Below are positions 36,570 to 45,422 of a stretch of DNA of 64,000 nucleotides, piece after piece (positions within the stretch are counted from its first letter, which is position 1; every line of letters starts with the position of its first letter). Position numbers and translations under genes: made by a program. Below the pieces are notes generated by a model. It made no database searches and was not told where the DNA came from. It saw only the letters and a list, made by a program, of their open reading frames with translations. This stretch comes from a virus (taxonomy: Duplodnaviria; Caudoviricetes), in the IMG/VR virus record IMGVR_UViG_3300025849_003344; one strand, written 5' to 3'.

Positions 36570-36953
36570 TTATTCGTCTAATTGTGTAATAGATTTTTCA
36601 TAGTACGCAATGATTTCTTTTTGCTGTAGGACATACCTACGCAAATCATTAATACCTATCGCAAGGTTTTCATAGCCCTTTGGCGTAATAGCAATAAATG
36701 CCGGAACACCGCCTTCGGCTTCAACACGAGTAATAAACTCATCAAGATTATCTTCATTAACTACAAACCATTCAACGTCCGGCATATCAACCGGTTTCGG
36801 TGGTTCTTGTAATGCAATATTTGGTTTGACGTATTCAGTCTGAGTTACTATCTCCGGGATCAGCATCCCCGACAGGCAACCGCTCAGCGTCATCGCTAGG
36901 GTCAGTAGGAGTAGTATCTTCCAAAATTTGTTTAATGAGTCTGTCAACACCAC
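36570..36953 (-). CDS. o-spanin-like lipoprotein
   Basis: Lipobox LSGC, proline-rich, overlaps upstream i-spanin. Confidence 0.75.
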   Translation of the reverse strand: MVLTDSLNKFWKILLLLTLAMTLSGCLSGMLIPEIVTQTEYVKPNIALQEPPKPVDMPDVEWFVVNEDNLDEFITRVEAEGGVPAFIAITPKGYENLAIGINDLRRYVLQQKEIIAYYEKSITQLDE

Positions 36954-37284
36954 GGTTTATCCTTTTTTCTAAATCAGCCGGGTCAGCAAGCGCTTCCCGT
37001 GTAATATCAATTTCACTAAACCGCTTTCTAAGTCTGCTCAAACCTGCTTCAGATTTTTGCAATGCTTTTTGCAGTTCTCTGTTATTAGCTTCTTGCTGTT
37101 CAGCTTCTTTTTCTAATGTATCTATAGTATCATTTAATGTATCAGCTGCATTTTGAAGTACAAGATTATTGGCGCTCAGAGTAGCAATCTTCTCCTGGGT
37201 ATCCTCATAATACCATTTAGCTCCATAAACAACAGAACCCATAGTACCTATAACAAATAAAAAGATATAAATTCTAATCATCAA
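36835..37284 (-). CDS. i-spanin-like protein
   Basis: N-terminal transmembrane helix plus coiled coil. Confidence 0.75.
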   Translation of the reverse strand: MMIRIYIFLFVIGTMGSVVYGAKWYYEDTQEKIATLSANNLVLQNAADTLNDTIDTLEKEAEQQEANNRELQKALQKSEAGLSRLRKRFSEIDITREALADPADLEKRINRGVDRLIKQILEDTTPTDPSDDAERLPVGDADPGDSNSD

Positions 37285-38107
37285 TATACTTTCTAAACCT
37301 CTTTAGAAGTTTTGGTTGCCTGTGTGGCCCGCGTCTCCTGTCGACTACTACAATACCCTGGGGATTTGATCCGGCACCTGCAACTGAAGTTGTAGCAGTA
37401 CCAGGGGCTTCTTCCACTTTAAATTTCTTATCAGGAGTGCTAAAGTTCTTTTTGCGCATAATAGTTTTTGCGTACATCTCTAACTCCTTCTTCTTTGGAT
37501 TCCAATTAAGTACAAACGGAATATTAACATCAGATGCCAAATCGCTCATGACGCCTTCTGCATCATCGCCCATTTTAGCAATAGGTTTACCCCATTTTAT
37601 ATATTCTTTTTTAAACAAAACTGCTAACTCTTTAACAGTAATTTGTTGCTTATTACGGATATCATTTACCCGATCTAAGAAATGCTTAGTGAATTCTACG
37701 TCCATGCCTATTCTAGCAAAGACTTTATCTAAAACCTTTTCTAGTGCATTCAGCTGAAGCTTAGTGACTTTATCTTCGTTTAGCTTATAATCTACAGATT
37801 CATACCTAAACATATTTGAATAGTCAGCAACCTTTTTCCCTTGGTTATTCCATTGTCCCATTTTCATAGCTTGCTCTTTAGCATAAGCCTTCGGACTATA
37901 TGTTTCGTGCCATTCAAACTCTCTTGTGCGTTTATCCCACTCCATAACTTTCCACTCACCTCGGTGGCGTTCATTATGATCAAGTTGCTTTTCAACCATA
38001 AATCTCCGGCCGGTAGGAAACTTAATTTCCTGCTCGCCGTTTGGTCCAGCTCTTTTCCATTTAGGGATAACAGTCATGCTACTTAACCAACTCCATAGAA
38101 GATACAT
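37274..38107 (-). CDS. Hypothetical protein (probable virion-internal)
   Basis: VEFTKHFLDRVNDIRN...KTIMRKKNF. Confidence 0.65.
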   Translation of the reverse strand: MYLLWSWLSSMTVIPKWKRAGPNGEQEIKFPTGRRFMVEKQLDHNERHRGEWKVMEWDKRTREFEWHETYSPKAYAKEQAMKMGQWNNQGKKVADYSNMFRYESVDYKLNEDKVTKLQLNALEKVLDKVFARIGMDVEFTKHFLDRVNDIRNKQQITVKELAVLFKKEYIKWGKPIAKMGDDAEGVMSDLASDVNIPFVLNWNPKKKELEMYAKTIMRKKNFSTPDKKFKVEEAPGTATTSVAGAGSNPQGIVVVDRRRGPHRQPKLLKRFRKYIDD

Positions 38108-38645
38108 ATATCTCTTGATTTGTGTTTATATGTGTGGCTTTGTAAATATCAATGCCGTTAATATTTCCAACTGGGAATGAATGTTCTAATATACGAATCT
38201 TATCATTACGTCTGACTACTTCTTCACATGTCAGATTTATAGCTTTATCAGTAACAACCCGGTACGTTCCTGGTGATAGCTGTTTGCCTTCTAACATAAA
38301 CCACTGACTTTGCTCAAATAATTCTATACTATTATCTTTGTTAGACTCTATAATTATCTTATTAATACTGGAATCTGATAGCTCAAACTTCTCTTTAAGT
38401 AAAAATAAGGCTGAAGCGTATGAACCGATTTTACCGCCTGGGATAAGTTTCTTAATGTTAAACACCATCCGCATGAACGGTGTCATGGCATCTCGCTCTT
38501 CGGACGTTTTGGATTTTCTTAATCTCTTACCGTTTTCATCAATAAGACCAAGCTCAAAGGCTTTAGTCTTGTTAAACGGCGTAACAAGCAATTTTAAAAA
38601 ACGGAAGGTATAGACAAGATCTGCCGATTTCTTTAGAATACCCAT
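38079..38645 (-). CDS. Conserved hypothetical T4-like protein
   Basis: DLVYTFRFLKLLVTPFNKTKAFELGLIDENG. Confidence 0.75.
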   Translation of the reverse strand: MGILKKSADLVYTFRFLKLLVTPFNKTKAFELGLIDENGKRLRKSKTSEERDAMTPFMRMVFNIKKLIPGGKIGSYASALFLLKEKFELSDSSINKIIIESNKDNSIELFEQSQWFMLEGKQLSPGTYRVVTDKAINLTCEEVVRRNDKIRILEHSFPVGNINGIDIYKATHINTNQEIYVSSMELVK

Positions 38646-39010
38646 TATATTTTCCTTAGTGCCTCTACTACGCTCTTATTCATATGAATATCCGCGTACT
38701 TCGTATTTTCTATATATCGTAAGAAGATTAAAAAAGGCTTTATAACTGGCCAATGTTCATCATCAAGTTTTAATTCCAAGATCCTACAAGCTGGCTCAAT
38801 ACCAAACACATTAAATATAACGATAAGATGATTTAGAATCAATCTATCTGGTAAATCTTTTGCCTGTAGATACTTATTAACTAATCGTTTTACGTAAGTA
38901 AACCTTTTCAGATCTTCATAAAAGTCCTCTGAGCTTGCACCCAGAGGATTATGATAATGCTTCGCTGCGAACAGCATAACATTATGTTCGTTTATATTGT
39001 CAAAATTCAT
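38645..39010 (-). CDS. Conserved hypothetical T4-like protein
   Basis: FAAKHYHNP...FYEDLKRF...RLILNHLIV. Confidence 0.75.
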   Translation of the reverse strand: MNFDNINEHNVMLFAAKHYHNPLGASSEDFYEDLKRFTYVKRLVNKYLQAKDLPDRLILNHLIVIFNVFGIEPACRILELKLDDEHWPVIKPFLIFLRYIENTKYADIHMNKSVVEALRKI

Positions 39011-39049
39011 AATATTCTCATAAGCTATGTTTCAAACTTATTTATGTAA

Positions 39050-39400
39050 TTACTCAGTGAGTGTTTTCAACTCAGCAAGAAGTGCAGTTTTTGATTTTCT
39101 ACGATCAAGCTCAACTCCATGTTGACGCCCTACAGCTTCTAGTTGAGTCTTAGACATATCATCAAGAGCTACATTGTTTTGTGGTGCTTCGTTTAATTGT
39201 TGCACTATAACTTCCTCTACTACAGGCTCAGGGACGTGAGCTGGAGTCGGTGCAGGAGCACTAACTTCAACTCCGTTATATACATCAATATCTTCCTGCG
39301 TAAGACGTTGCGATTTAAGTAGTTCACCGGTACGAGGCTCTTGCCAACCATTTGGAGTTGGCACAGCATTCTTCGCCCAGCTTGGTGGTTGAATTGCCAT
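39050..39400 (-). CDS. Hypothetical protein with C-terminal Rho-N/LEM-like helical motif
   Basis: LDDMSKTQLEAVGRQHGVELDRRKSKTALL. Confidence 0.65.
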   Translation of the reverse strand: MAIQPPSWAKNAVPTPNGWQEPRTGELLKSQRLTQEDIDVYNGVEVSAPAPTPAHVPEPVVEEVIVQQLNEAPQNNVALDDMSKTQLEAVGRQHGVELDRRKSKTALLAELKTLTE

Positions 39401-39401
39401 A

Positions 39402-39953
39402 TTATGTTGTTCCTTTCACTGGATTAATAATAGCCTTATCACCCTTCATGTTATCACCATTACGTGCAGCCGCTTTTGGACCAACTCGCCCGGCCGCTGC
39501 TGCGTCAGTGTGACCTTTTTCTTCGGTGTCGTTAACTTCTGGTTTATGATCTGCCCGCATTTTCTTTGCAGTAACCGAATCTTTCGAGTCGATCTCTTCA
39601 GCAGGTGCGCCCTCTTTACCGTGCGACGCTTTTTCCCACATTTGCATCATAGCATGTCGCATACCTGACTGAACGCCTACGTATGTTTCTTCGATCTGTG
39701 TTTCAAGGCTTTCAAGCTCGGTAGACTCTTTAGTAGCTTCTTCCTGGCTTTTATCAGTATCCATTTTCTGAGTAGGCTTAACTTCGACTTCAGACTTCTT
39801 ATCTTTTTTGCCTTTATTACGCAGGCCTTTAAAGTCTGCAGCATCAATGTCACCATCTTTGTCGTGATCAAGTTTGTGCTGATCTCCGGCTAGTTTCTTT
39901 TCAGTGACCGCTTGGAATGCAAGGGCCATGTTTCTTATATCTTGAGTTTTCAT
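39402..39953 (-). CDS. Probable internal head protein
   Basis: KLAGDQHKLDHDKDGDIDAADFK; charged, low complexity. Confidence 0.6.
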   Translation of the reverse strand: MKTQDIRNMALAFQAVTEKKLAGDQHKLDHDKDGDIDAADFKGLRNKGKKDKKSEVEVKPTQKMDTDKSQEEATKESTELESLETQIEETYVGVQSGMRHAMMQMWEKASHGKEGAPAEEIDSKDSVTAKKMRADHKPEVNDTEEKGHTDAAAAGRVGPKAAARNGDNMKGDKAIINPVKGTT

Positions 39954-39962
39954 TTTTTATCC

Positions 39963-40244
39963 TTACATAAAAACTTGTGTTGCAATTGCACCTGTGACAG
40001 CGATTATCGTGACCCAGAATAATTTATTAATTAGCATAACAGTGTGCGCGTTGTCCTGCACCTGCTTTTCTATATTGTCGAGCTTCTCCGAAAACTTATT
40101 CATACGATTCCACGAGTCTTCCCTATAAACATTGTATGCTTCTAGTTTCTCTTCGAATCGGGCTATTTGAATAAGAGCATCTGCCAACTTATCAATCTTT
40201 TGTTCTATTCGGTCGAGCCGGGCTTTACCGTCATTACTATCCAT
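39963..40244 (-). CDS. Coiled-coil protein with C-terminal transmembrane helix
   Basis: RLDRIEQKIDKL...FWVTIIAVTGAIA. Confidence 0.65.
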   Translation of the reverse strand: MDSNDGKARLDRIEQKIDKLADALIQIARFEEKLEAYNVYREDSWNRMNKFSEKLDNIEKQVQDNAHTVMLINKLFWVTIIAVTGAIATQVFM

Positions 40245-40265
40245 ATTACTAAACTTCCAATTAAA

Positions 40266-40556
40266 TTAACATTTCCAGCGGCGTAGGCTCATAGCCTTAC
40301 GTGTGGGTCTACCTTGGTCGTCTTTCATTGGACCTTTATTCCCGCTCATTCTTGCACAGAAGGATTTTCTCCTACCAGCTGCGGCACTACCTGCTTTAAC
40401 TTTACCAGTCACAGCAGTCTTCAGGTTTCCACCTGTCTTTCTATTGACGGCATCAACACCCTTTTGTGTCATACCGGCACCCTTTTCGGTTGAGATATAG
40501 TGGCCTTTGGCATCTTTACCTCGTTCAATAATAAAATGTTTAAAACTAATCATCAT
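40266..40556 (-). CDS. Basic internal head protein (DUF6321-like)
   Basis: MMISFKHFIIE...GMTQKGV...RRKSFCARM...SLRRWKC; start moved to 40556. Confidence 0.75.
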   Translation of the reverse strand: MMISFKHFIIERGKDAKGHYISTEKGAGMTQKGVDAVNRKTGGNLKTAVTGKVKAGSAAAGRRKSFCARMSGNKGPMKDDQGRPTRKAMSLRRWKC

Positions 40557-40668
40557 CGTTATTTTCTTTACTATTTTCAGAAGTATCACATTCACCACAA
40601 CAGTCCACTGTCCCGCACTTATCATGAGTCTCGGCCAAAATAGGTACAGGAGTTTCTGTAGTTGTCAT
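40546..40668 (-). CDS. Cys-rich 40-aa peptide
   Basis: Hand translation MTTTETPVPILAETHDKCGTVDCCGECDTSENSKENNDDD; overlaps both neighbours. Confidence 0.6.
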   Translation of the reverse strand: MTTTETPVPILAETHDKCGTVDCCGECDTSENSKENNDDD

Positions 40669-41858
40669 TACTGCTTTCCAAACAATCTGTTCGTGTCCAT
40701 CTTATCCATAGCTTTAGATACACCTTTTACTCTTGCTTTAGCTTTATCAGTATCTCCGGCTCCCGCCTTTTTTGCAGCATCGTCAGCAGCTTTACGTACG
40801 TATTGACCCATCTTATAATTTGAAATTTCGCTAACATTATCTTCTTTTGCAGGTACTTTAGCTTTACCAGTCAGTTTATCAACAGCGGTAGACGTACCTT
40901 TATTACGATTAACAAATGTCTTAATACCTTTTTTAGCTTGATTACTTCCTGCTTTAGCAATATCACGATCGGGTGAGCGAGAGTCAGCATATCCACGTTC
41001 AGTACTCTTTGCAGCATCTGCTGTACTTACTTGCGCCTTTTTGATATAACGGCCGGCCATACCTTTTGAGATCTCGGCAAATGTTTTAAGGCCCTCGTTC
41101 TGACGTTTTAGTACAGCTTTAACTTGAGGATGATCTGACAAACCTTTTGAAAGTTTATTAATCGTCTTAGTTGCGCCTGTCATATTTCCGCCCTTGTATC
41201 TGGGATCAGATGCAATACCGACTGCCTGCTTGACGTGCTTAGGATCGTGGGCTTCGTTCGTAGGTTTGTCATGAGTATATCCCATCTTCTTCATGCGAAG
41301 ATGATCGGCTTCCTTTTCGGCCTTATAAGCTTTTCCAGTCTTAGGATCGTACATCATGTGAGGCTCAAATGATTCTTTCTTAGGCATACGTGCTGCAAGA
41401 TCAGCCGTTGATACACTTTTCTTTCCAGCTTTACGTTCTTTTTCTTGACGTTTCTTTGCCATCGCAGTAGCCTTTTGAACGTCAGCAATTGTTAGCTCGC
41501 TAACATCTTCTTTACGAGACTTACATTTAGACTGTTCAGTCGTACATTGCGATGCTTTAAGCTGAGCATTATCATTTGGACATGTGCAGTTAGGATCTGG
41601 ATTACCTTTTTCACAACCACAATCTTTACAATACATAGTAGCTTCGGCCTGCTCTTCCATATCATCTTGGCGTGGTTTAGTAGCCTTAGCTTCTCTAGCC
41701 AATGCGGACTTAAGCCATTCAAGAGTTTTCTCTTGCTTGATAACTTCTTTATCAACCGGGACCATACGTGTGCCCTTTTTACCATCAGGCTTTGTATAGA
41801 TCTCTGGTTTTTTGTCAGCGGTCTTTACGTTTTCTCTGATCTCTTTAAAATTTTTCAT
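40668..41858 (-). CDS. Probable internal head protein with E-I-S repeats and Cys cluster
   Basis: MKNFKEIRE; SELT/AEISK/SEISN repeats; CKDCGC...CTC. Confidence 0.65.
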   Translation of the reverse strand: MKNFKEIRENVKTADKKPEIYTKPDGKKGTRMVPVDKEVIKQEKTLEWLKSALAREAKATKPRQDDMEEQAEATMYCKDCGCEKGNPDPNCTCPNDNAQLKASQCTTEQSKCKSRKEDVSELTIADVQKATAMAKKRQEKERKAGKKSVSTADLAARMPKKESFEPHMMYDPKTGKAYKAEKEADHLRMKKMGYTHDKPTNEAHDPKHVKQAVGIASDPRYKGGNMTGATKTINKLSKGLSDHPQVKAVLKRQNEGLKTFAEISKGMAGRYIKKAQVSTADAAKSTERGYADSRSPDRDIAKAGSNQAKKGIKTFVNRNKGTSTAVDKLTGKAKVPAKEDNVSEISNYKMGQYVRKAADDAAKKAGAGDTDKAKARVKGVSKAMDKMDTNRLFGKQ

Positions 41859-42097
41859 TACGCTAGATCCTTATCGTGGTTGAGACCACCTTTTTTCTTT
41901 TTTACAATAAAGGCATTGACTCTTGCATGTCCCCACTGAGATGGCGTGGTGCCAGGTCTATGACCGGTTTTCCATGCGGCAACACCGCGATTATATACTT
42001 TACGAAGCGTAGCCACAGAAATTCCAGACTTTTTAGATTTATCTGCAAACGAAGTACCTGCTTTATCTTCACTAATATAGTGTTTAAAGTTAATCAT
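41858..42097 (-). CDS. Small basic internal head protein
   Basis: MINFKHYISE...LRKVYNRGVAAW...WGHARVNAF. Confidence 0.75.
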   Translation of the reverse strand: MINFKHYISEDKAGTSFADKSKKSGISVATLRKVYNRGVAAWKTGHRPGTTPSQWGHARVNAFIVKKKKGGLNHDKDLA

Positions 42098-42267
42098 TTT
42101 GTGGCCTTATTTTTCTTTTTTGTATCTAGGATTCTTGCTCTATCCATCATACGATCATGCTTCGCCGCGTCAGTTTTCTTCTCGCGATCGATTTTCATCT
42201 TTGCAAGATCTGCAGCTTTATCTGTATCTTTATCTTCAGCAAATGTTTTGAATTTAATTATTTTCAT
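42094..42267 (-). CDS. Small charged protein (57 aa)
   Basis: Hand translation MKIIKFKTFAEDKDTDKAADLAK... Confidence 0.6.
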   Translation of the reverse strand: MKIIKFKTFAEDKDTDKAADLAKMKIDREKKTDAAKHDRMMDRARILDTKKKNKATK

Positions 42268-42614
42268 TTGCCCATCATATCCATATGGTCTCTGTCTACA
42301 TACTCAAGTTCTTTTTCAATTAAACCTATTCTTCCTTTGAGCTGTATTTGATCCCGTAGTATTTGCTGAAAAGATGCTTCCATCTCCCATAGCATTACGG
42401 TTTCCTCCCACAGCTCTTCGAGATCATCCGCATTCTCTTCAACATCTCTACGAAGATTTATATTCTCTTCAATAGCCATCTTTGAGCTCATTTCAGCTAC
42501 TGTACTTTCAAGATCAGAAATTGTTGCAGCTTGCTGAGATACCCACCACACGCCAGCTGATATCTGAGCTATCATAGCTGCAACTAATACTACTGGAAGT
42601 TTTAAATTTTCCAT
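42264..42614 (-). CDS. Membrane-anchored coiled-coil protein
   Basis: N-terminal transmembrane helix VVLVAAMIAQISAGVWW. Confidence 0.65.
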   Translation of the reverse strand: MENLKLPVVLVAAMIAQISAGVWWVSQQAATISDLESTVAEMSSKMAIEENINLRRDVEENADDLEELWEETVMLWEMEASFQQILRDQIQLKGRIGLIEKELEYVDRDHMDMMGK

Positions 42615-43744
42615 TACTCTTTGTCCCCGTACATCTTTTTAAACTTTTTAGTCCATTGAGATGTTTTAGTTTTTCCTTTTGCATCACCAGGCGCTGGCTT
42701 ATAAGCACTAGCATCATTATCTGCTTTTTTCCCGTGTTTCTTAAAGTGCCGGTCTCTAGCAACTTTTGTAGCTTTCTTTAGGCCTTTATGATACGCTTTA
42801 GGCTGTGATCCTTCACGATCCTTAATGTCAGAATCTTGAGGTGTACTCTCATTCTGTCCAGGTGTAGTCTTTTTCATATACTTTACTGAAGCATCAGTTC
42901 CATAATCATACTTTGCTTCTTCTACAATCTTCTCAACAGAATCCAGCCATTGTCTTGTAGTCTTATCAGAGGTTTCTACAATTACATAATTAGATCCAAT
43001 GACCGTAATTTTACCAACTTCGGATGTGCTTTTAATAATGACATGTTCACCGAGCTCAAAGAGTTCACCTTTAACAAAAGCTTCTCTAGTTTCTGATACA
43101 GATTCTAATTGAACATGTCTTTTAAATTCGTATTCTTCTTTTAAACCCATACCGCTGCGAACGGCATTAAACATTTTACGAGCATCAGGATTTGATATAG
43201 CTTTAGTTAGACCTTGGGCAAATCCTGTAAAGTCATTATCTTTAGCATACCCTCTTTGCTTAGTACCAGATGCACCTTCGGCACCTTTACCATCTGGATC
43301 TCTCTGCCCAGCACTTACAACCTTAACGCCACCGTCAAAGTTATAGAACCCATGACCACCCTTTTTACCATTATATTTGTTTAAGCGCAAATCATATTCT
43401 TGTACACGATCTGAACCGGCAACTAAAATGACTTTCTTAAATCCTGCATTATACATAGCCGACAAAGCATGAAAGGGTGTTGTTACCTTAGCATCGATAA
43501 TAATAGATCTTGCATGCCTAGTAAACATCTTACGAGCAAACTTTACTTTGTCTGAATAAGTAAGAGGATTGTCTTTTTTATCATTAGATTGTGACAAATA
43601 GATACGATATTGTGCTCGACCAGCAACCGCTGCGAGCTTGTCTAATAACTTACCATGTCCAATAGTAGGAGGATTCATTCGGCCAAACACCAAATAACCA
43701 ACCTTTTCTTCTTCAACTAAGTATTGACTAAATCTATTAATCAT
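42614..43744 (-). CDS. Cytidylyltransferase-like (HIGH-family) nucleotidyltransferase
   Basis: FGRMNPPTIGHGKL...VAGSDRV...SGTKQR. Confidence 0.85.
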   Translation of the reverse strand: MINRFSQYLVEEEKVGYLVFGRMNPPTIGHGKLLDKLAAVAGRAQYRIYLSQSNDKKDNPLTYSDKVKFARKMFTRHARSIIIDAKVTTPFHALSAMYNAGFKKVILVAGSDRVQEYDLRLNKYNGKKGGHGFYNFDGGVKVVSAGQRDPDGKGAEGASGTKQRGYAKDNDFTGFAQGLTKAISNPDARKMFNAVRSGMGLKEEYEFKRHVQLESVSETREAFVKGELFELGEHVIIKSTSEVGKITVIGSNYVIVETSDKTTRQWLDSVEKIVEEAKYDYGTDASVKYMKKTTPGQNESTPQDSDIKDREGSQPKAYHKGLKKATKVARDRHFKKHGKKADNDASAYKPAPGDAKGKTKTSQWTKKFKKMYGDKE

Positions 43745-44175
43745 TTACCGTGTGCCGCCTTACGTACCTGAGGAAGGAGTTTCCTTGTAATACGATTTAC
43801 TCTAGGCTTCATTTTCTGAATACGCTTTTCGAGTTCAGCCTTTTTGCCCGGTGTTAAATCTTTACGAGGAATACCTTTTGTTAATTTCTTATAGATGGTA
43901 TCTATCGCTTGCTTCCGAGCACGTTTCTTAATGCGCTCAGGATTAGCAATACGCTTACTCATTCGAGCACGGCCAATTTTTAATTTATTTTTATTTTTGC
44001 GCATGTCACGAGAACGCTTACGGCGAGACGCCATAGATAACGCCTCGTCAGTAGATTCTTCTTCTACTGCTGTTTCTTCGTACATGTGTTTGCGACGTTT
44101 CATCGCACGATACTTTAGGTACTCGTCTTCGCCATCTTCAATAGGCGTAATCATTAGTTCTTTAAAACTATACAT
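43741..44175 (-). CDS. Basic hypothetical protein
   Basis: EALSMASRRKR...RARKQA; Arg/Lys-rich. Confidence 0.7.
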   Translation of the reverse strand: MYSFKELMITPIEDGEDEYLKYRAMKRRKHMYEETAVEEESTDEALSMASRRKRSRDMRKNKNKLKIGRARMSKRIANPERIKKRARKQAIDTIYKKLTKGIPRKDLTPGKKAELEKRIQKMKPRVNRITRKLLPQVRKAAHGK

Positions 44176-45422
44176 TAGTTTCTTCCCGGTTTATCCCATC
44201 CCTTTAATATATCCTTGCTAAAGTTGTTGTACGAAAATTCCATTCGATCAACAATCTTAACAGCATCACCACCAAGTTTATCAATTGCAACGTAACCTTC
44301 TTCTCCGGTTACTTTGTATCCATTCTGCGTCTTTACAAAGGTTTTTACCTTTGCTAAACCATTTAATATATTTATAAGTTTTAATTTCGCTAATACAATA
44401 ACTTTTTGCAGCTCAAACATTTGTTGTAAACTTTTTTTGTTTTCATCAGAAAAAAAATCTAAAATAGTTGTTAGTTTATCTCGTTGAGCTGTTTTACCTT
44501 TTTCGGTTTTACGCTTAGCAATTTCTTTTCCATATCGTAATCTAATCCACCTAATGAGCATGGATACGTGTCGCCTTGTATCTGTAATAACATCTCCGCG
44601 TCTGACGTATTTGTTTCCGAATGTTTCAATGAGGCCCGGTAACTCACTATGCGATTCGAGCTGTCGTAGGGTTGTCCCTGAAATTTTGTTAAATATTTTC
44701 CCAGCTTGCGATAAATATTCGTCAACATCATTAGTGTCCTTTTTACTCATAGTCATATTAGTCAAATCACGTAGCATGGCATCTTGTGACCATACCTTTT
44801 TTGATTTCTTAAACTTAGATACATCTACTCCGTAACTTGCTCTAAGTCCTTCAAAGGTGTTACCTTTATATGTTGTGTGCCAGACAATTCCGATTTGAGC
44901 GGAACGTACGGCTCTCGCAGCTTCAGAATTACTAGGGACAGCATAAACAATAGTATTAGGATGAAAAGTAATATACGACTCACCATTAATCTTTTCTTTC
45001 TTTAAATCGCCAGGTCCATATAAGAAGTCACCTTGCACGATACCCTTGATACCCAAGGAAGGGAGCTCTCGCAAAGCGACTTTGAGCTTGTCAGCAAGAT
45101 CACCACTTGTATCAGCGTCAACATCAGCAGGAGTCTTATAGACCTTGGGATTCTTGTTAAAAATACCTTTCTTTGCAACAAAGAAACGTCCGTCATTAGG
45201 ATCAGTGCCTGCAAAAATAGCAGGAGCGCCATCCCATTTAACAGATACATTACCAGCATGATCACCTTTCAACATATTACGAAGTTCGCGTAGTGCATTA
45301 ATTGCCTCGCGAGTTCCTTTTACGCCACCATAAATTACTTTATCCTCAACATGAGTCATGTGAGTGTTCTTCTGTTCAGACAAATACGACTTAAAGCTTT
45401 CCATATTAATCTTCGTTGCCAT
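44175..45422 (-). CDS. DUF6267-like protein with ligase-type nucleotidyltransferase motifs
   Basis: KNTHMTHVED; KWDG, QGD, EGYV, VKIVDR. Confidence 0.7.
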   Translation of the reverse strand: MATKINMESFKSYLSEQKNTHMTHVEDKVIYGGVKGTREAINALRELRNMLKGDHAGNVSVKWDGAPAIFAGTDPNDGRFFVAKKGIFNKNPKVYKTPADVDADTSGDLADKLKVALRELPSLGIKGIVQGDFLYGPGDLKKEKINGESYITFHPNTIVYAVPSNSEAARAVRSAQIGIVWHTTYKGNTFEGLRASYGVDVSKFKKSKKVWSQDAMLRDLTNMTMSKKDTNDVDEYLSQAGKIFNKISGTTLRQLESHSELPGLIETFGNKYVRRGDVITDTRRHVSMLIRWIRLRYGKEIAKRKTEKGKTAQRDKLTTILDFFSDENKKSLQQMFELQKVIVLAKLKLINILNGLAKVKTFVKTQNGYKVTGEEGYVAIDKLGGDAVKIVDRMEFSYNNFSKDILKGWDKPGRN

